A DNA stretch of 64,000 bases from Polyangia bacterium (GTDB lineage Bacteria; Myxococcota_A; Polyangia; Polyangiales; JAUICN01), in assembly GCA_030427835.1 (NCBI GenBank), contig JAUICN010000005.1, positions 130,496 to 194,495 of the forward strand, given 5' to 3'. The first letter of the stretch is position 1; each line of letters begins with the position of its first letter. A program made the position numbers and the translations under genes. Positions 17,562 to 27,439 of this stretch are shown here, piece by piece. The notes beneath the pieces are model-generated. The model made no database searches, was not told the origin of the DNA, and worked only from the letters and a program-made list of their open reading frames with translations.

Positions 17562-19934
17562 ATGGCCAGGATTCGACGGGTAGGTGTCATTGGTTCGGGA
17601 GTCATGGGTAGCGGAATCGCCGCCCACATGGCGAATGCGGGCCTTCAGGTGGAACTGCTGGACATCGTGCCGCCCAACCTGCCAGAGGACAAAAAGGGGG
17701 ATGCCTCCGCCCGGAACCAGATCCCGGCCGAGGCCCTGAAGGCCACACTGAAGTCCAAGCCGGCTGCCTTCTACCACAAGTCCCGTGCGGCCCTGGTGCG
17801 CGTGGGCAACCTGGAGGACCACTTTGATCGCCTGGCCGAATGCGACCTCATCATAGAGGCCATCATTGAGCGGTTGGATATCAAGCAGCAGTTGTTCACC
17901 CGGCTGGAAAACACCATCAAACCCACCACCATCGTTGCGTCCAACACGTCGGGCCTGCGCATTGTGGACATGACGGAGGGTCGGTCCGACAGCTTCAAGT
18001 CCCGCTTCCTGGTCATGCACTTCTTTAACCCCGTGCGTTACATGAAGCTGCTGGAATTGGTCACCGGCCCCCGAACAAGCGACGTGGTTCTGGACACCAT
18101 TTCCAAGTTTGGCCGCGACGTACTCGGCAAGGGCATTGTGGTGGGTAAGGACACCCCGAACTTCGTGGGCAACCGCATCGGTGCCCACTCCCTCATGGTC
18201 ACCATCCATGAGATGTTGGCCCAGGGCTTGAAGCCCGAGGATGTGGACGCCATTTCTGGCCCGCCCATGGCCCACCCCAAGACAGCCAGCTTCCGCACCG
18301 CAGACCTGGTGGGTTTGGACACCTTCATGCACGTGGTGGACAACTGCTACGACGTGCTCACCGAAGACGAGGACCGTGAGGTCTTCAAGGTCCCACCCTT
18401 TGCCCGCAACATGGTGGAGAAGAAGTTGCTTGGAAACAAAACCGGGGGAGGCTTCTACAAGAAGATAAAAAAGCCCCGCGACATTCTGGTGTACGATCCG
18501 ACCACGGAGGACTACCGGCAAAAGGACCCCACCCCGGAAATCAAGTCCGCCGCCAAACAAATCAGTGCGGTGGACGACCCCAGGGAGCGCGTTCGTCAAG
18601 CCGTGGCGGCTGAAGGTGCCACGGGGGCCTTTGCCTGGAGTGTGTTCTCCAAATCCCTGGCCTACTCCGCACGCCGTGTGGGGGAAATCACCGACCGTGT
18701 GGACGCCATCGATGACGCCATGAAGTGGGGCTACAATTGGGAGCTCGGCCCCTTTGAGGTCTGGGATGCCCTTGGGTTCAAGGAAACCGTGGACCGCATG
18801 AAGGCCGATGGTATTTCCTTGCCGGAATCCATCGACCGGATGGTCGCTTCTGGAGCCAAGGGCTTCTACAGGGACGACGAGGTGTTTGATCTCCAGGCGG
18901 GGGACTACGTTGCGCGCAACGTGGACTCCAGGGACGCAAGCCTTGAAATCCTACGGCGGGGCGAAGCGCCTGTGCTTTCCAACGGAGGTGCAGAGGCCTG
19001 GGACATTGGCGACGGTGTGTTGGCGGTCACTTTCAAGACCAAGGCCAATAGCCTGGACGACGACGTCATCGCCATGCTGGGTGAGGCCACCGAACGGGCG
19101 GAACAGGACTTCGACGCCATGTTGCTTGCCAACGAAGGGGAACACTTCTCGGTGGGAGCCAACCTGTTGGCCGTCGTGATGGCCGCCAACCAACAACAGT
19201 GGGGCGAAATCGAGGGCGTGGTTCAGCGTCTTCAGACGTCCCTTCAACGCATGAAATACAGTCAAATCCCTGTGGTCGCGGCCCCCTACGGCATGGCCCT
19301 TGGCGGGGGCCTGGAAGTGTGCCTGGCATGCGACGGCGTACAGGCGGCGGCGGAAACCTACTCGGGCCTTGTGGAAGTGGGCGTGGGCCTGCTGCCTGGC
19401 GGTTGCGGCAACCTGAACCTTCTGTGGAGGGCGCTGGAAGGCACACCGGAGGGCACCAAGATCAGCCTCTACGAACACGTCACCCAGGTTTTCAAGAACA
19501 TCGCCATGGCCAACGTGGCCACCAGCGCCGAAGAGGCCAAGCAGTTTGGCTACTTCCGGCAGGCCGATGGGATCTCCTTTGACCGTGCTCGGCAGTTGAC
19601 CGAAGCCAAGGCCAAGGCCCTGGGCATGGCCCGGTCCGGCTACCACCCACCGGTACCACGGGCCCACAAGCTCCCTGGCGAAGACGGCATCGCGACCCTA
19701 AAGATGATGGTGCAAACCCTGGTGGACGGGGGTTACGCCACCGAGCACGACGCCCTCATTGCGGGTAAGGTGGCGACCGTGCTTTGCGGTGGGCCAGGCG
19801 GTGCATCCCGGGAGATCACCGAACAGGAAATCCTGGATCTGGAGCGAGAGGCCTTTGTCAGCCTCTGTGGAGAACAAAAGAGCATCGAGCGCATGCAGTT
19901 CATGCTGATGAAGAACAAACCCCTACGTAACTAG
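17562..19934 (+). CDS. Fused 3-hydroxyacyl-CoA dehydrogenase (N-terminal) / enoyl-CoA hydratase (C-terminal), beta-oxidation
   Basis: RRVGVIGSGVMGSGIAAHMANAGLQVELLDI Rossmann fold. Crotonase-like C-terminal half. AGGAGGAAG SD. Followed by the thiolase gene. Confidence 0.85.
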   Translation: MARIRRVGVIGSGVMGSGIAAHMANAGLQVELLDIVPPNLPEDKKGDASARNQIPAEALKATLKSKPAAFYHKSRAALVRVGNLEDHFDRLAECDLIIEAIIERLDIKQQLFTRLENTIKPTTIVASNTSGLRIVDMTEGRSDSFKSRFLVMHFFNPVRYMKLLELVTGPRTSDVVLDTISKFGRDVLGKGIVVGKDTPNFVGNRIGAHSLMVTIHEMLAQGLKPEDVDAISGPPMAHPKTASFRTADLVGLDTFMHVVDNCYDVLTEDEDREVFKVPPFARNMVEKKLLGNKTGGGFYKKIKKPRDILVYDPTTEDYRQKDPTPEIKSAAKQISAVDDPRERVRQAVAAEGATGAFAWSVFSKSLAYSARRVGEITDRVDAIDDAMKWGYNWELGPFEVWDALGFKETVDRMKADGISLPESIDRMVASGAKGFYRDDEVFDLQAGDYVARNVDSRDASLEILRRGEAPVLSNGGAEAWDIGDGVLAVTFKTKANSLDDDVIAMLGEATERAEQDFDAMLLANEGEHFSVGANLLAVVMAANQQQWGEIEGVVQRLQTSLQRMKYSQIPVVAAPYGMALGGGLEVCLACDGVQAAAETYSGLVEVGVGLLPGGCGNLNLLWRALEGTPEGTKISLYEHVTQVFKNIAMANVATSAEEAKQFGYFRQADGISFDRARQLTEAKAKALGMARSGYHPPVPRAHKLPGEDGIATLKMMVQTLVDGGYATEHDALIAGKVATVLCGGPGGASREITEQEILDLEREAFVSLCGEQKSIERMQFMLMKNKPLRN

Positions 19935-20001
19935 CCACTTGGTTGCTGGTAACGTAGTCGTTTGCGTGAGTTAAGGATTTTAGAAAAGTAAGGAGCAGGA
20001 C

Positions 20002-21168
20002 ATGAAGGACGTTGTCATTGCAGATGCGGTTCGAAGCCCGGTTGGAAAAGCCCTCAAGGGCTCCCTTTCCCTACGACGACCGGATGACTTGGCGGGAGAA
20101 GTGATTCGAGGCCTCATGGCTCGAGTTCCCCAGGTAAAGCCCGAGTTGGTGGAGGATCTCATCCTCGGATGCGCCATGCCCGAGGGGGAACAGGGCCTTA
20201 ACGTCGCCCGCCCCGCCGCGTTGCTTGGAGGACTTCCCGAAACCGCCGGCGGGCTCACCGTGAACCGGTTCTGCTCCAGTGGTTTGCAAGCCGTGGCCCA
20301 GGCCGCCAGTGCCATTGCCTGCGGTTGGGCAGATGTGATGGTCGCCGGTGGTGCCGAGTCCATGACCATGGTGCCCATGACCGGCAACAAGCTGAGCGCC
20401 TCCCCGGAGGCCATGGTCACCTGCCCGGACGTGTACACGCCCATGGGCATCACGGCAGAAAACGTGGCGAACCGCTACGAGATCTCCCGTGAAGACCAGG
20501 ATAAGTTTGCCCTTTGGAGCCAGCAGAAGGCGGCCACCGCCATTGAAAACAAAGTATTCGAGGACGAAATTGTTCCTGTGACGGGAATCCGTTTTAAGGG
20601 TCAGGAAAAGCAGACGTTTTCCTTCACCCAGGATGAACTTCCTCGCCCACAGACGACGCTTGAAGGCTTGAACGGCTTGAAGCCCGTATTTGCGACCACG
20701 GGCTCCGTGACCGCCGGCAACGCCTCGCCCCTTTCCGATGGCGCCGCGGCGGCCCTCGTGATGAGCAAGGAAAAAGCCGATAGCCTAGGGGTGACCCCGC
20801 TTGGTTATTTTCGATCCTTTGCCACCGTGGGCGTGGACCCGGCGGTCATGGGTATCGGTCCAGTCCCCGCAGTACAGAAGCTACTGGCGAAAACAGGGCT
20901 CAAGATCGGCGACATCGACGTCATTGAACTCAACGAGGCGTTTGCGAGCCAAGCCGTCTACGTGCAGCGCACACTTGGCATCTCCGATGAACAACTGAAC
21001 GTACACGGGGGTGCCATCGCGTTGGGCCACCCCCTGGGCTGCACAGGGGCTAAACTCACCGCGACCGCCTTGCATGAGCTCAAGCGACGCAAGGGCCGCT
21101 ACGCCATCGTCACCATGTGTATCGGTGGCGGCCAGGGCGCAGCCGGTCTGTTTGAAAGAGTTTCGTAG
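20002..21168 (+). CDS. fadA: Acetyl-CoA C-acyltransferase (thiolase)
   Basis: [13 protein letters not shown] (active-site Cys), NEAFASQ and [15 protein letters not shown] motifs. AAGGAG SD. Confidence 0.9.
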   Translation: MKDVVIADAVRSPVGKALKGSLSLRRPDDLAGEVIRGLMARVPQVKPELVEDLILGCAMPEGEQGLNVARPAALLGGLPETAGGLTVNRFCSSGLQAVAQAASAIACGWADVMVAGGAESMTMVPMTGNKLSASPEAMVTCPDVYTPMGITAENVANRYEISREDQDKFALWSQQKAATAIENKVFEDEIVPVTGIRFKGQEKQTFSFTQDELPRPQTTLEGLNGLKPVFATTGSVTAGNASPLSDGAAAALVMSKEKADSLGVTPLGYFRSFATVGVDPAVMGIGPVPAVQKLLAKTGLKIGDIDVIELNEAFASQAVYVQRTLGISDEQLNVHGGAIALGHPLGCTGAKLTATALHELKRRKGRYAIVTMCIGGGQGAAGLFERVS

Positions 21169-21196
21169 TTAGACAAAAGGGACAACAGGAGACGAC

Positions 21197-22603
21197 ATGG
21201 CGAACGAATACGATGTGATTGTCATTGGTGGGGGGCCGGGCGGTTACGTGGCGGCCATTCGGGCACGTCAACTTGGGTTGACCGCGCTCTGTGTGGAAAA
21301 GGAATCCGTGGGAGGCGTGTGCCTCAATTGGGGTTGCATTCCTTCCAAGGCATTGATTGCTGCCACGGGGCTGGTTGAAAAACTGAAACATGCCGAGGTC
21401 ATGGGCGTACAGAGCCAGGGCGTGTCCATCGACGTGGCCAAAATGCAGGAGTGGAAGGGTGGCATTGTCAAAAAGCTCACCGGCGGTGTAAGTAGCTTAC
21501 TCAAGGGCAATGGCGCGGACATCGCCATGGGCACAGCACAACTTACGGGATCCAACACTCTGAAGGTTACTGGCAACGACGGAAACACAACCGACTACCG
21601 TGCCAACAAGGGCATCATTGTGGCCACGGGTACCGAGGTCATTCGTATCCCCGGGTTTGAGCCGGACGGCAAAACCGTCATCACCGCCCGGGAAGCCGTT
21701 AGCCTCACCGAAGCCCCCAAGAACATGGTGCTCATTGGCGGCGGCATCATTGGCCTTGAATTGGGCAGCGTGTACCAGAAACTCGGGACCAAGCTCACCA
21801 TTGTGGAGCTCACAGACAACTTGCTTCCGGGAACGGACCCTGACCTGGTAAAGGTCGTGGAAAAGAAGCTCAAGAAGGGTGGCGCCGAAATCCTTACCGG
21901 TGCGAAGGCCACAGGTTGCAAGGTTTCAGGAAAAACCGCCACCGTCACTGTGGACATTGGCGGCAAAGAAAAATCCTTCAAGGCAGACAAGGTCCTGGTG
22001 GCAGTTGGCTTCAAACCCAACTCCAAGAACCTGGGTCTGGAGAAGGTGGGGGTAGCCCTGGACGAACGTGGCCACATCCAGATCGACAACAAGTTCCAAA
22101 CCAACGTTGCAGGTATCTACGCCATCGGCGACGTGTGTGGCACTCCCTACCTTGCCCATAAGGCCTCCAAGGAGGGTGAGATTGCCGCCGAGGTGATCGC
22201 CGGTCACGCCTCTGAACGGGATTGGAAAGCCATGCCGGCGGCTATCTTTACCGACCCGGAAATTGCAACGGTGGGCCTGAGCGAGACTGAAGCCAAGGCA
22301 CAGGGCAAAAAGGTGCAAATCGGAAAGATGCCCTTTGCGGCCTCCGGCCGTGCCATGTCGGTACTGGAAACCGATGGCTTTGTGAAAACCATCATCGACG
22401 CCGAAGACCACCGTGTACTTGGGGTGGCCATTGTGGGTCCGGAAGCCAGTGACCTCATCAGCGAATCTGCCCTGGCCATGGAAATGTGCGCCTTTGCAGA
22501 AGATGTGGCCCTGACCATCCACCCCCATCCCACCCTGGGTGAGGCTGTCATGGAATCCTTCAAGCATTCGCTCAAGGAAGCCATCCACGTCATGAATCGG
22601 TAG
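21197..22603 (+). CDS. lpdA: Dihydrolipoyl dehydrogenase
   Basis: VIVIGGGPGGYVAAIRA, redox-active GGVCLNWGCIPSK, and C-terminal HPHPTLGE. Confidence 0.9.
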   Translation: MANEYDVIVIGGGPGGYVAAIRARQLGLTALCVEKESVGGVCLNWGCIPSKALIAATGLVEKLKHAEVMGVQSQGVSIDVAKMQEWKGGIVKKLTGGVSSLLKGNGADIAMGTAQLTGSNTLKVTGNDGNTTDYRANKGIIVATGTEVIRIPGFEPDGKTVITAREAVSLTEAPKNMVLIGGGIIGLELGSVYQKLGTKLTIVELTDNLLPGTDPDLVKVVEKKLKKGGAEILTGAKATGCKVSGKTATVTVDIGGKEKSFKADKVLVAVGFKPNSKNLGLEKVGVALDERGHIQIDNKFQTNVAGIYAIGDVCGTPYLAHKASKEGEIAAEVIAGHASERDWKAMPAAIFTDPEIATVGLSETEAKAQGKKVQIGKMPFAASGRAMSVLETDGFVKTIIDAEDHRVLGVAIVGPEASDLISESALAMEMCAFAEDVALTIHPHPTLGEAVMESFKHSLKEAIHVMNR

Positions 22604-22612
22604 CGGCTGCAC

Positions 22613-23224
22613 TTGACCACCCGCGACATCCAAAGCCTAGAGAACATTCGGTGGCACCGCACGGAGGTTTCCCGCAAGGACCGGGAGACCTTGCACGGGC
22701 ACCGGGGGCTGGCGGTGTGGTTCACGGGCCTGTCTGGATCCGGTAAAAGCACCATCGCCAACGCATTGTGCGCGCAGCTACACGCGAGGGGGATCTCCAC
22801 CTACCTGCTGGATGGAGACAACCTCCGCCATGGGTTGAACTCAGACCTCGGTTTCTCTATGGAAGACCGGGAAGAAAACATGCGCCGTGTTTCCGAGGTG
22901 ACTGGGTTGATGGTGGATGCGGGTCTGGTCGTCATCACGTCGCTCATCTCTCCCCTGCGCCAGCAACGGGAACAGATCCGAACAAAACTCAACCGAGATG
23001 AGGCGAATCGATTTGTGGAGGTGTTCGTGGACACCCCCCTGGAAGTTTGTGAACAGCGTGACCCAAAAGGCCTCTACGCAAAGGCCCGCAGCGGAGAGAT
23101 TGAAGATTTTACGGGCATCTCATCCCCTTTTGAGCCACCTCTGCACCCGGAAGTACACGTAGACACCACCGTGATGGACGTAGACACCTGTGCGCAGCAC
23201 ATCCTTACCAAGCTTCCAGTCTAG
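22613..23224 (+). CDS. cysC: Adenylylsulfate (APS) kinase
   Basis: [18 protein letters not shown]-loop, [11 protein letters not shown] and [13 protein letters not shown] start at 22613. Confidence 0.85.
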   Translation: MTTRDIQSLENIRWHRTEVSRKDRETLHGHRGLAVWFTGLSGSGKSTIANALCAQLHARGISTYLLDGDNLRHGLNSDLGFSMEDREENMRRVSEVTGLMVDAGLVVITSLISPLRQQREQIRTKLNRDEANRFVEVFVDTPLEVCEQRDPKGLYAKARSGEIEDFTGISSPFEPPLHPEVHVDTTVMDVDTCAQHILTKLPV

Positions 23225-23269
23225 ATAGCCTACGTCGACGGCAAAGCCCAAGGGCGGTACATTGTCGTC

Positions 23270-24001
23270 ATGAACAGTCAGCCCAAGTGGCTACAACAGG
23301 CGGGAGCATGGACCACAAGCCTCGTGCGTTCCGGCGCCAAAACCCTTGGAACCGGCCTACTGTCCGGCCCACCCCAGGAGCTTTGGGACGCCCTGAAAAC
23401 CAAGGTGAGCACCTTGGGGCCCGTGATCACCATCTCCCCCCAGCAGCTTCGAACCTGGGTCCTTTCCCACGACCAGGTCACCGCCGGTACCGTAGAAATC
23501 GACCACACCGGTATCCGCGTGGACGCAGACCTCACCCACGGACAAAAAAGCACTTCCCACCCGGCCCCCTTCTCCCAGTTCCTCATCCATCCCACACCCT
23601 GCTCCTTCGCCCCAGGCGGCTCGAAGGAAATGGGGTTCGAGCTCGAAACAAACAGCGAAACTGCATATTCAGCGTACTTCCCCCTAGCCACGCACCTCAT
23701 CCAAAACATCCTCGCCCATACTGCCAAAGAAGTAGGACGCATACTCGCCATCCCCCACCCCCCCTCTCACAACGTCCAACCTGGGACAATCGATATTCAT
23801 CGTCACCACACCCCTATCGCCATCACAGGAGACCTCCGCACTTTCCCCCCCCTAAGGAACCTCGCAGGCCCAAGAGCTCAACTCTTCGACTCATTGGTGA
23901 TCGCTGGCCAAAATATCAATCCGCAAGGCCTCACCCTCCGCCTAACTCCAGCATGGCTCCACCATCACAAAACACCCAGCTCCAAGAATGACCCAGGTTG
24001 A
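23270..24001 (+). CDS. Hypothetical protein (C-rich coding strand)
   Basis: 243-codon ORF with strong C-ending codon bias. A second same-strand frame (23287-23991) is also open but encodes P/R/H-rich low complexity. The stop lies inside a copy of the dispersed motif. Confidence 0.5.
   Translation: MNSQPKWLQQAGAWTTSLVRSGAKTLGTGLLSGPPQELWDALKTKVSTLGPVITISPQQLRTWVLSHDQVTAGTVEIDHTGIRVDADLTHGQKSTSHPAPFSQFLIHPTPCSFAPGGSKEMGFELETNSETAYSAYFPLATHLIQNILAHTAKEVGRILAIPHPPSHNVQPGTIDIHRHHTPIAITGDLRTFPPLRNLAGPRAQLFDSLVIAGQNINPQGLTLRLTPAWLHHHKTPSSKNDPG
23990..24001 (+). repeat. Dispersed motif copy GACCCAGGTTGA
   Basis: Exact 12-mer. Overlaps the stop codon of 23270-24001. Confidence 0.8.
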
Positions 24002-24153
24002 GTCAGATCTAGCGGCCACATAGCCAGCCAGTAGCAGCAAACTCCCAACCCCAACATCGAGGTCGCTCGGCCACCTCTTACGCCAAAACCGGATCGTAGT
24101 TTCAATCCTGCGTCGCTTGAAGGATACACAATTGGGCAGTCGTTTCGCCCTTT

Positions 24154-24165
24154 GACCCAGGTTGA
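24154..24165 (+). repeat. Dispersed motif copy GACCCAGGTTGA
   Basis: Exact 12-mer, 3' of the Y1 transposase gene. Confidence 0.8.
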
Positions 24166-24373
24166 TTTGGATTGGAGAGACATAATAGTACGAAACACGT
24201 TGTGTCTTTTTCCAAACAAGCGAAGGGCCTACGTTTTTCCCCGACAGGTGGAGAGGCCTTTTTGGCCGCCTCAGCGTGGAAATACTGCTTTGTTTTCCTT
24301 CAAGCTCGGCAAAAAGCAGATCGGTGCACTAGCGACGAATCGCATCTGGAAGAATGCTGTACGAAGGAAGCGG

Positions 24374-25252
24374 CTAGGTTGCCACTACGGCGCCGCCGTA
24401 GTGAACCATCCACCAAGTCCCTTCAGGAAAGGGGGTGGAGAAATGACCGTCTCGAAAAAGAAGCAGTGCAGTGCGATACGCGCGCCGGAACCCACGAAGC
24501 GCGACCTGGGCCTTGAGATAGAGCTCCCGGTGTTTGGTGGAGAATGTGGGTATCCGTTGGGGTGTGGGCGATGGCTCAGTGGTGGGGCAGGAAGTGACGG
24601 GAGTCTGTCGGACACGCTCCATACCTTGGAAAGGTCCGCGTACCTGGCGGCGCCGAGTTTCGATGAGGCGCTCTAGGGTCGAGACGACCTCATCACGATC
24701 CCAATCCCGGAGCGCTGGGGGCATGGTGAGTACGAGCCGTGCAGGAATAGGCCAGGTCACTTTCTTGAAAAAGGAGGGGACCTGCAGCCCCTCTGCGAGC
24801 ACAGTTCCCAACTGCTCGGGTGTCGTAGAAAGACCGTCCCATTGCTCAGGACGGGCAACAAGCCCTGCGGTCACGGGATTGAGGGTCATGTAGGAAAGCT
24901 TGTCGAGCACGGCTTCCGGGGTGAGTAGCGGCATGGCGTGATAGGAGACACTCGGGTCAAACACGGTGCCCCCAATCCGATGGTAGAACTTCGTTGCGAG
25001 CGCCAGATGTCGGTTGAAGCGCCTCATGAACTCGGGAAGTCGGCCAGAAGTGTCGGTAATCATCAGGTGGTAGTGGTTACTCATGAAGGTGAATCCGTGG
25101 ACTTCCATGCCGCACATATGGGCAAACACAGCCAGTAAAAAGAGAGCCACAGTATTGAGCCAGGTGCTTGGGCGCAGGTAGAATCGCCGTTCCGTACAGC
25201 GGCGGCCGACCATGTATGTGGTGCCGGGAAGGATTTGACGGGGCATTGTCAT
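24374..25252 (-). CDS. HUH/Y1 tyrosine transposase-like protein (IS200/IS605 TnpA-like, REP-associated RAYT-type) with a C-terminal extension
   Basis: HUH motif in FMSNHYHLMI. Tyr-helix region LSYMTLNPVTAGLVARPEQW is typical of COG1943/Y1_Tnp proteins. Confidence 0.75.
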   Translation of the reverse strand: MTMPRQILPGTTYMVGRRCTERRFYLRPSTWLNTVALFLLAVFAHMCGMEVHGFTFMSNHYHLMITDTSGRLPEFMRRFNRHLALATKFYHRIGGTVFDPSVSYHAMPLLTPEAVLDKLSYMTLNPVTAGLVARPEQWDGLSTTPEQLGTVLAEGLQVPSFFKKVTWPIPARLVLTMPPALRDWDRDEVVSTLERLIETRRRQVRGPFQGMERVRQTPVTSCPTTEPSPTPQRIPTFSTKHRELYLKAQVALRGFRRAYRTALLLFRDGHFSTPFPEGTWWMVHYGGAVVAT

Positions 25253-25296
25253 GACCCCTTATCGGTCACAGCACCCTCCCAGTTGCTTCCTTTTTT

Positions 25297-25308
25297 CAAC
25301 CTGGGTGG
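25297..25308 (-). repeat. Dispersed motif copy (reverse orientation) CACCCAGGTTGA
   Basis: tcaacctgggtg on the plus strand, between the transposase start and the hemH start. Confidence 0.75.
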
Positions 25309-25373
25309 TTTTCAACCGTTGGTTTCTACACTTGAGCTTGCGAAGTTGCTGGCGGCATCCCAGATATCCTGCA

Positions 25374-26459
25374 GTGAATACGTCTGCTGATTCGATTCTA
25401 TTGCTGTCTTTTGGGGGGCCAGAACGCTCCGAGGAAGTCATGCCCTTTTTGCGCAATGTGGTGAAGGGGCGGGATGTTCCGGAAGAACGGCTCCAGGAGG
25501 TGGCAAAGCACTACATGCGCCACGGGGGAAGTAGCCCGATCAACGAACGAAACCGATTGTTTAAGAAAACACTGGGGGCGGAGCTCAGAAAGTACGGCAT
25601 CGAGCTTCCGGTCTATTTGGGGAACCGAAACTGGCATCCGATGCTCGCTGATACCCTGGCATCCATGTACACTGACGGCTGCCGAAATGCCCTAGTGTAT
25701 GTCACGTCAGCCTACGGTTCTTATTCGGGTTGCCGGCAATACAGCGAGGATATGGTCAAGGCACAGCAGGAACTTGTGGACCGTCAACCTGGGTCGAATC
25801 TCGAGCTTCGCAAACTGCGCATATTTTACGATCATCCTGATTTTGTCTCCGCCACGGTGTCTCGGGTGCACGATGCGTTGCAGCTCGCCACACCACGCAT
25901 CCCAACGCGGTTGGTATTTACCGCCCACAGTATTCCCTGTGCCATGGCAGAGAGTTCTCCCTATGTGGCCCAACTTGAGGAAACCGCGGGCCTCGTGTCC
26001 AACGCGATTTTGAGCAATTCTTCGATTATTCTGCGAGATTGGGATCTGGTTTTTCAGAGCCGTAGTGGCCCTCCGCAGGTACCCTGGTTGGAACCCGACG
26101 TGACCGATCATATCCGCATTCTCGCTGATCAAGGAGTCAAACAGATCGTACTTTGCCCACTGGGCTTCTTAACTGACCATATGGAAGTGATTCACGATCT
26201 CGACACAGAAGCCCGTGAAGTGGCCGAGAGTTTCGGGCTTAAGTTAGTTCGGGCCAAAACCGTAGGCGCACATCCTCATATGGTCCGAATGGTCCGAAAG
26301 TTACTCCAGGAGCAACTGCAAGGTGCCCCAGCCGAACGCGCGAGTGATCTTCACACGAGACTTCCACACTGCACACCCACATGCTGCTCTCCCCCGAGGC
26401 GCCCGCGGCTACCGACTGGAACTTCCGATCCTAGCAGGCCAGTCTCTGCCCTTAACTAA
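25374..26459 (+). CDS. hemH: Ferrochelatase
   Basis: ILLLSFGGPERSEEVMPFLRNV, NRNWHP, FTAHSIP and HMEVIHDLD motifs. The likely start is GTG 25374. The ORF-track start at 25251 would abut the transposase start. Confidence 0.85.
   Translation: MNTSADSILLLSFGGPERSEEVMPFLRNVVKGRDVPEERLQEVAKHYMRHGGSSPINERNRLFKKTLGAELRKYGIELPVYLGNRNWHPMLADTLASMYTDGCRNALVYVTSAYGSYSGCRQYSEDMVKAQQELVDRQPGSNLELRKLRIFYDHPDFVSATVSRVHDALQLATPRIPTRLVFTAHSIPCAMAESSPYVAQLEETAGLVSNAILSNSSIILRDWDLVFQSRSGPPQVPWLEPDVTDHIRILADQGVKQIVLCPLGFLTDHMEVIHDLDTEAREVAESFGLKLVRAKTVGAHPHMVRMVRKLLQEQLQGAPAERASDLHTRLPHCTPTCCSPPRRPRLPTGTSDPSRPVSALN
25784..25795 (-). repeat. Dispersed motif copy (reverse orientation) GACCCAGGTTGA inside the hemH coding sequence
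   Basis: tcaacctgggtc is an exact reverse complement of the 12-mer. Confidence 0.6.
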
Positions 26460-26496
26460 AAAATGCTATTCTATGCCAACGATTTAGGGGCGTCCC

Positions 26497-27399
26497 CTAG
26501 ACCCGTACGGAGTTGCGAATACCCACAAGACGTTCACAGGTTTCCCAGAGTTGCCTTCCCAACTCTCGATCGTGAACAAGAGGCGCAGGCTCTTGCCGCT
26601 CCAACCCTCGGAAATAAAGGCCGGTTTCATTGGTGAGGGCGGGGGAAGTCGCAACGTGGACAGGACCCTCAGCGGCCACTCGCGGGGAGCGATAGATGGG
26701 CCGCAACACAGTGCGGGCAACGGCTCGAGCGAGCAACGATGCATGTCGCAGGCTTTCTGTACGCACAAGCCCAGGGTCCACGCAATGGGCTGTGACACCA
26801 CTTCCCCGAAGTCGCCGAGCCAGCTCCATGGTGAACAGTACGCGGCCAAGCTGAGCCTGTTCAATTGCTTGCTTTGCTGAATAGGCGCGTCGCTCAAAGC
26901 TCAGGTCCTCAAAGTCGACCACGCCGCTGCGATGCTTCTGGCTGGTGACGACTACCACTCGTGATGGGGTCGCGCCCCTCAGTAGGTCAAGCCACAGATG
27001 GGTGGCCAAAAACGGCCCTAGCAAGTCGATCGCAAGTGTCCGCTCGTGCCCCTCATCGGTAATGGTTTTCTCGCTCGGGGCGGAGCCCGTACAATGCACA
27101 AGCACGTCCAGGCGGGCAAATGTGCTGTCCAATTCCTTGCAGGCGGTTCGTACAGAAGCCATGGAGGAAATATCGCATTCCAAAATATGTACACGATGGT
27201 TCCCTGTGCGTCGTACGATCGATTCGCGAGTTGCCACAGCCGACCGAACATTGCGACAGGCGAGTACGACGATTGCACCCATGGAAGCAAGGTCGTTGGA
27301 AATGGCTCGGCCCAAACCACGGTTGCCCCCTGTGACTACGCATACTCGCCCTCGCATCGACGCCTGACCCCGTTTCGGCTTTGCCATCATGTCCTTCAT
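26497..27399 (-). CDS. Short-chain dehydrogenase/reductase (SDR) family oxidoreductase
   Basis: VCVVTGGNRGLGRAISNDLA (TGxxxGxG). ATG 27399 (MKDMMAKPK) was chosen because the longer ORF would overlap trpS. Confidence 0.8.
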   Translation of the reverse strand: MKDMMAKPKRGQASMRGRVCVVTGGNRGLGRAISNDLASMGAIVVLACRNVRSAVATRESIVRRTGNHRVHILECDISSMASVRTACKELDSTFARLDVLVHCTGSAPSEKTITDEGHERTLAIDLLGPFLATHLWLDLLRGATPSRVVVVTSQKHRSGVVDFEDLSFERRAYSAKQAIEQAQLGRVLFTMELARRLRGSGVTAHCVDPGLVRTESLRHASLLARAVARTVLRPIYRSPRVAAEGPVHVATSPALTNETGLYFRGLERQEPAPLVHDRELGRQLWETCERLVGIRNSVRV

Positions 27400-27439
27400 T
27401 TCACACGAGTTCGCGATGGGCCCGCCATGGGGGTACGGC

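Larger units (their letters stand above)
24154..25308. mobile_element. Candidate RAYT/REP-like unit: Y1 transposase gene bracketed by inverted copies of the ACCCAGGTTGA motif
   Basis: GACCCAGGTTGA at 24154 and its inverted copy TCAACCTGGGTG at 25297 flank the gene. A second, outer inverted pair sits at 23990 and 25784. Element boundaries are not established. Confidence 0.35.

Noticed and set aside
16494-18599. 701-aa minus-strand ORF antisense to the IMPase and 3-hydroxyacyl-CoA dehydrogenase genes. Similar long antisense ORFs occur at 562-1665, 1902-2717, 5147-5818, 8154-9083, 33506-34900 and 21926-22633.
   Set aside because: These are typical shadow ORFs of a high-GC genome. Their translations are Gly/Arg/His/Val-rich with no motifs, while the opposite strand carries clearly recognisable conserved proteins.
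23287-23991. Second open frame (234 aa) co-directional with 23270-24001
   Set aside because: Its translation is Pro/Arg/His low complexity. It is most simply a by-product of the C-rich, stop-poor composition. The other frame has C-ending codon bias.
24001-24373. tRNA, tmRNA or a second IS gene (tnpB) in the gap 3' of the transposase. Other large gaps (13746-14062, 49129-49567, 60558-60840) were scanned for tRNA-like T-loops.
   Set aside because: I saw no GGTTCGAATCC-type T-arm, no cloverleaf and no long ORF. No RNA gene can be supported by eye.
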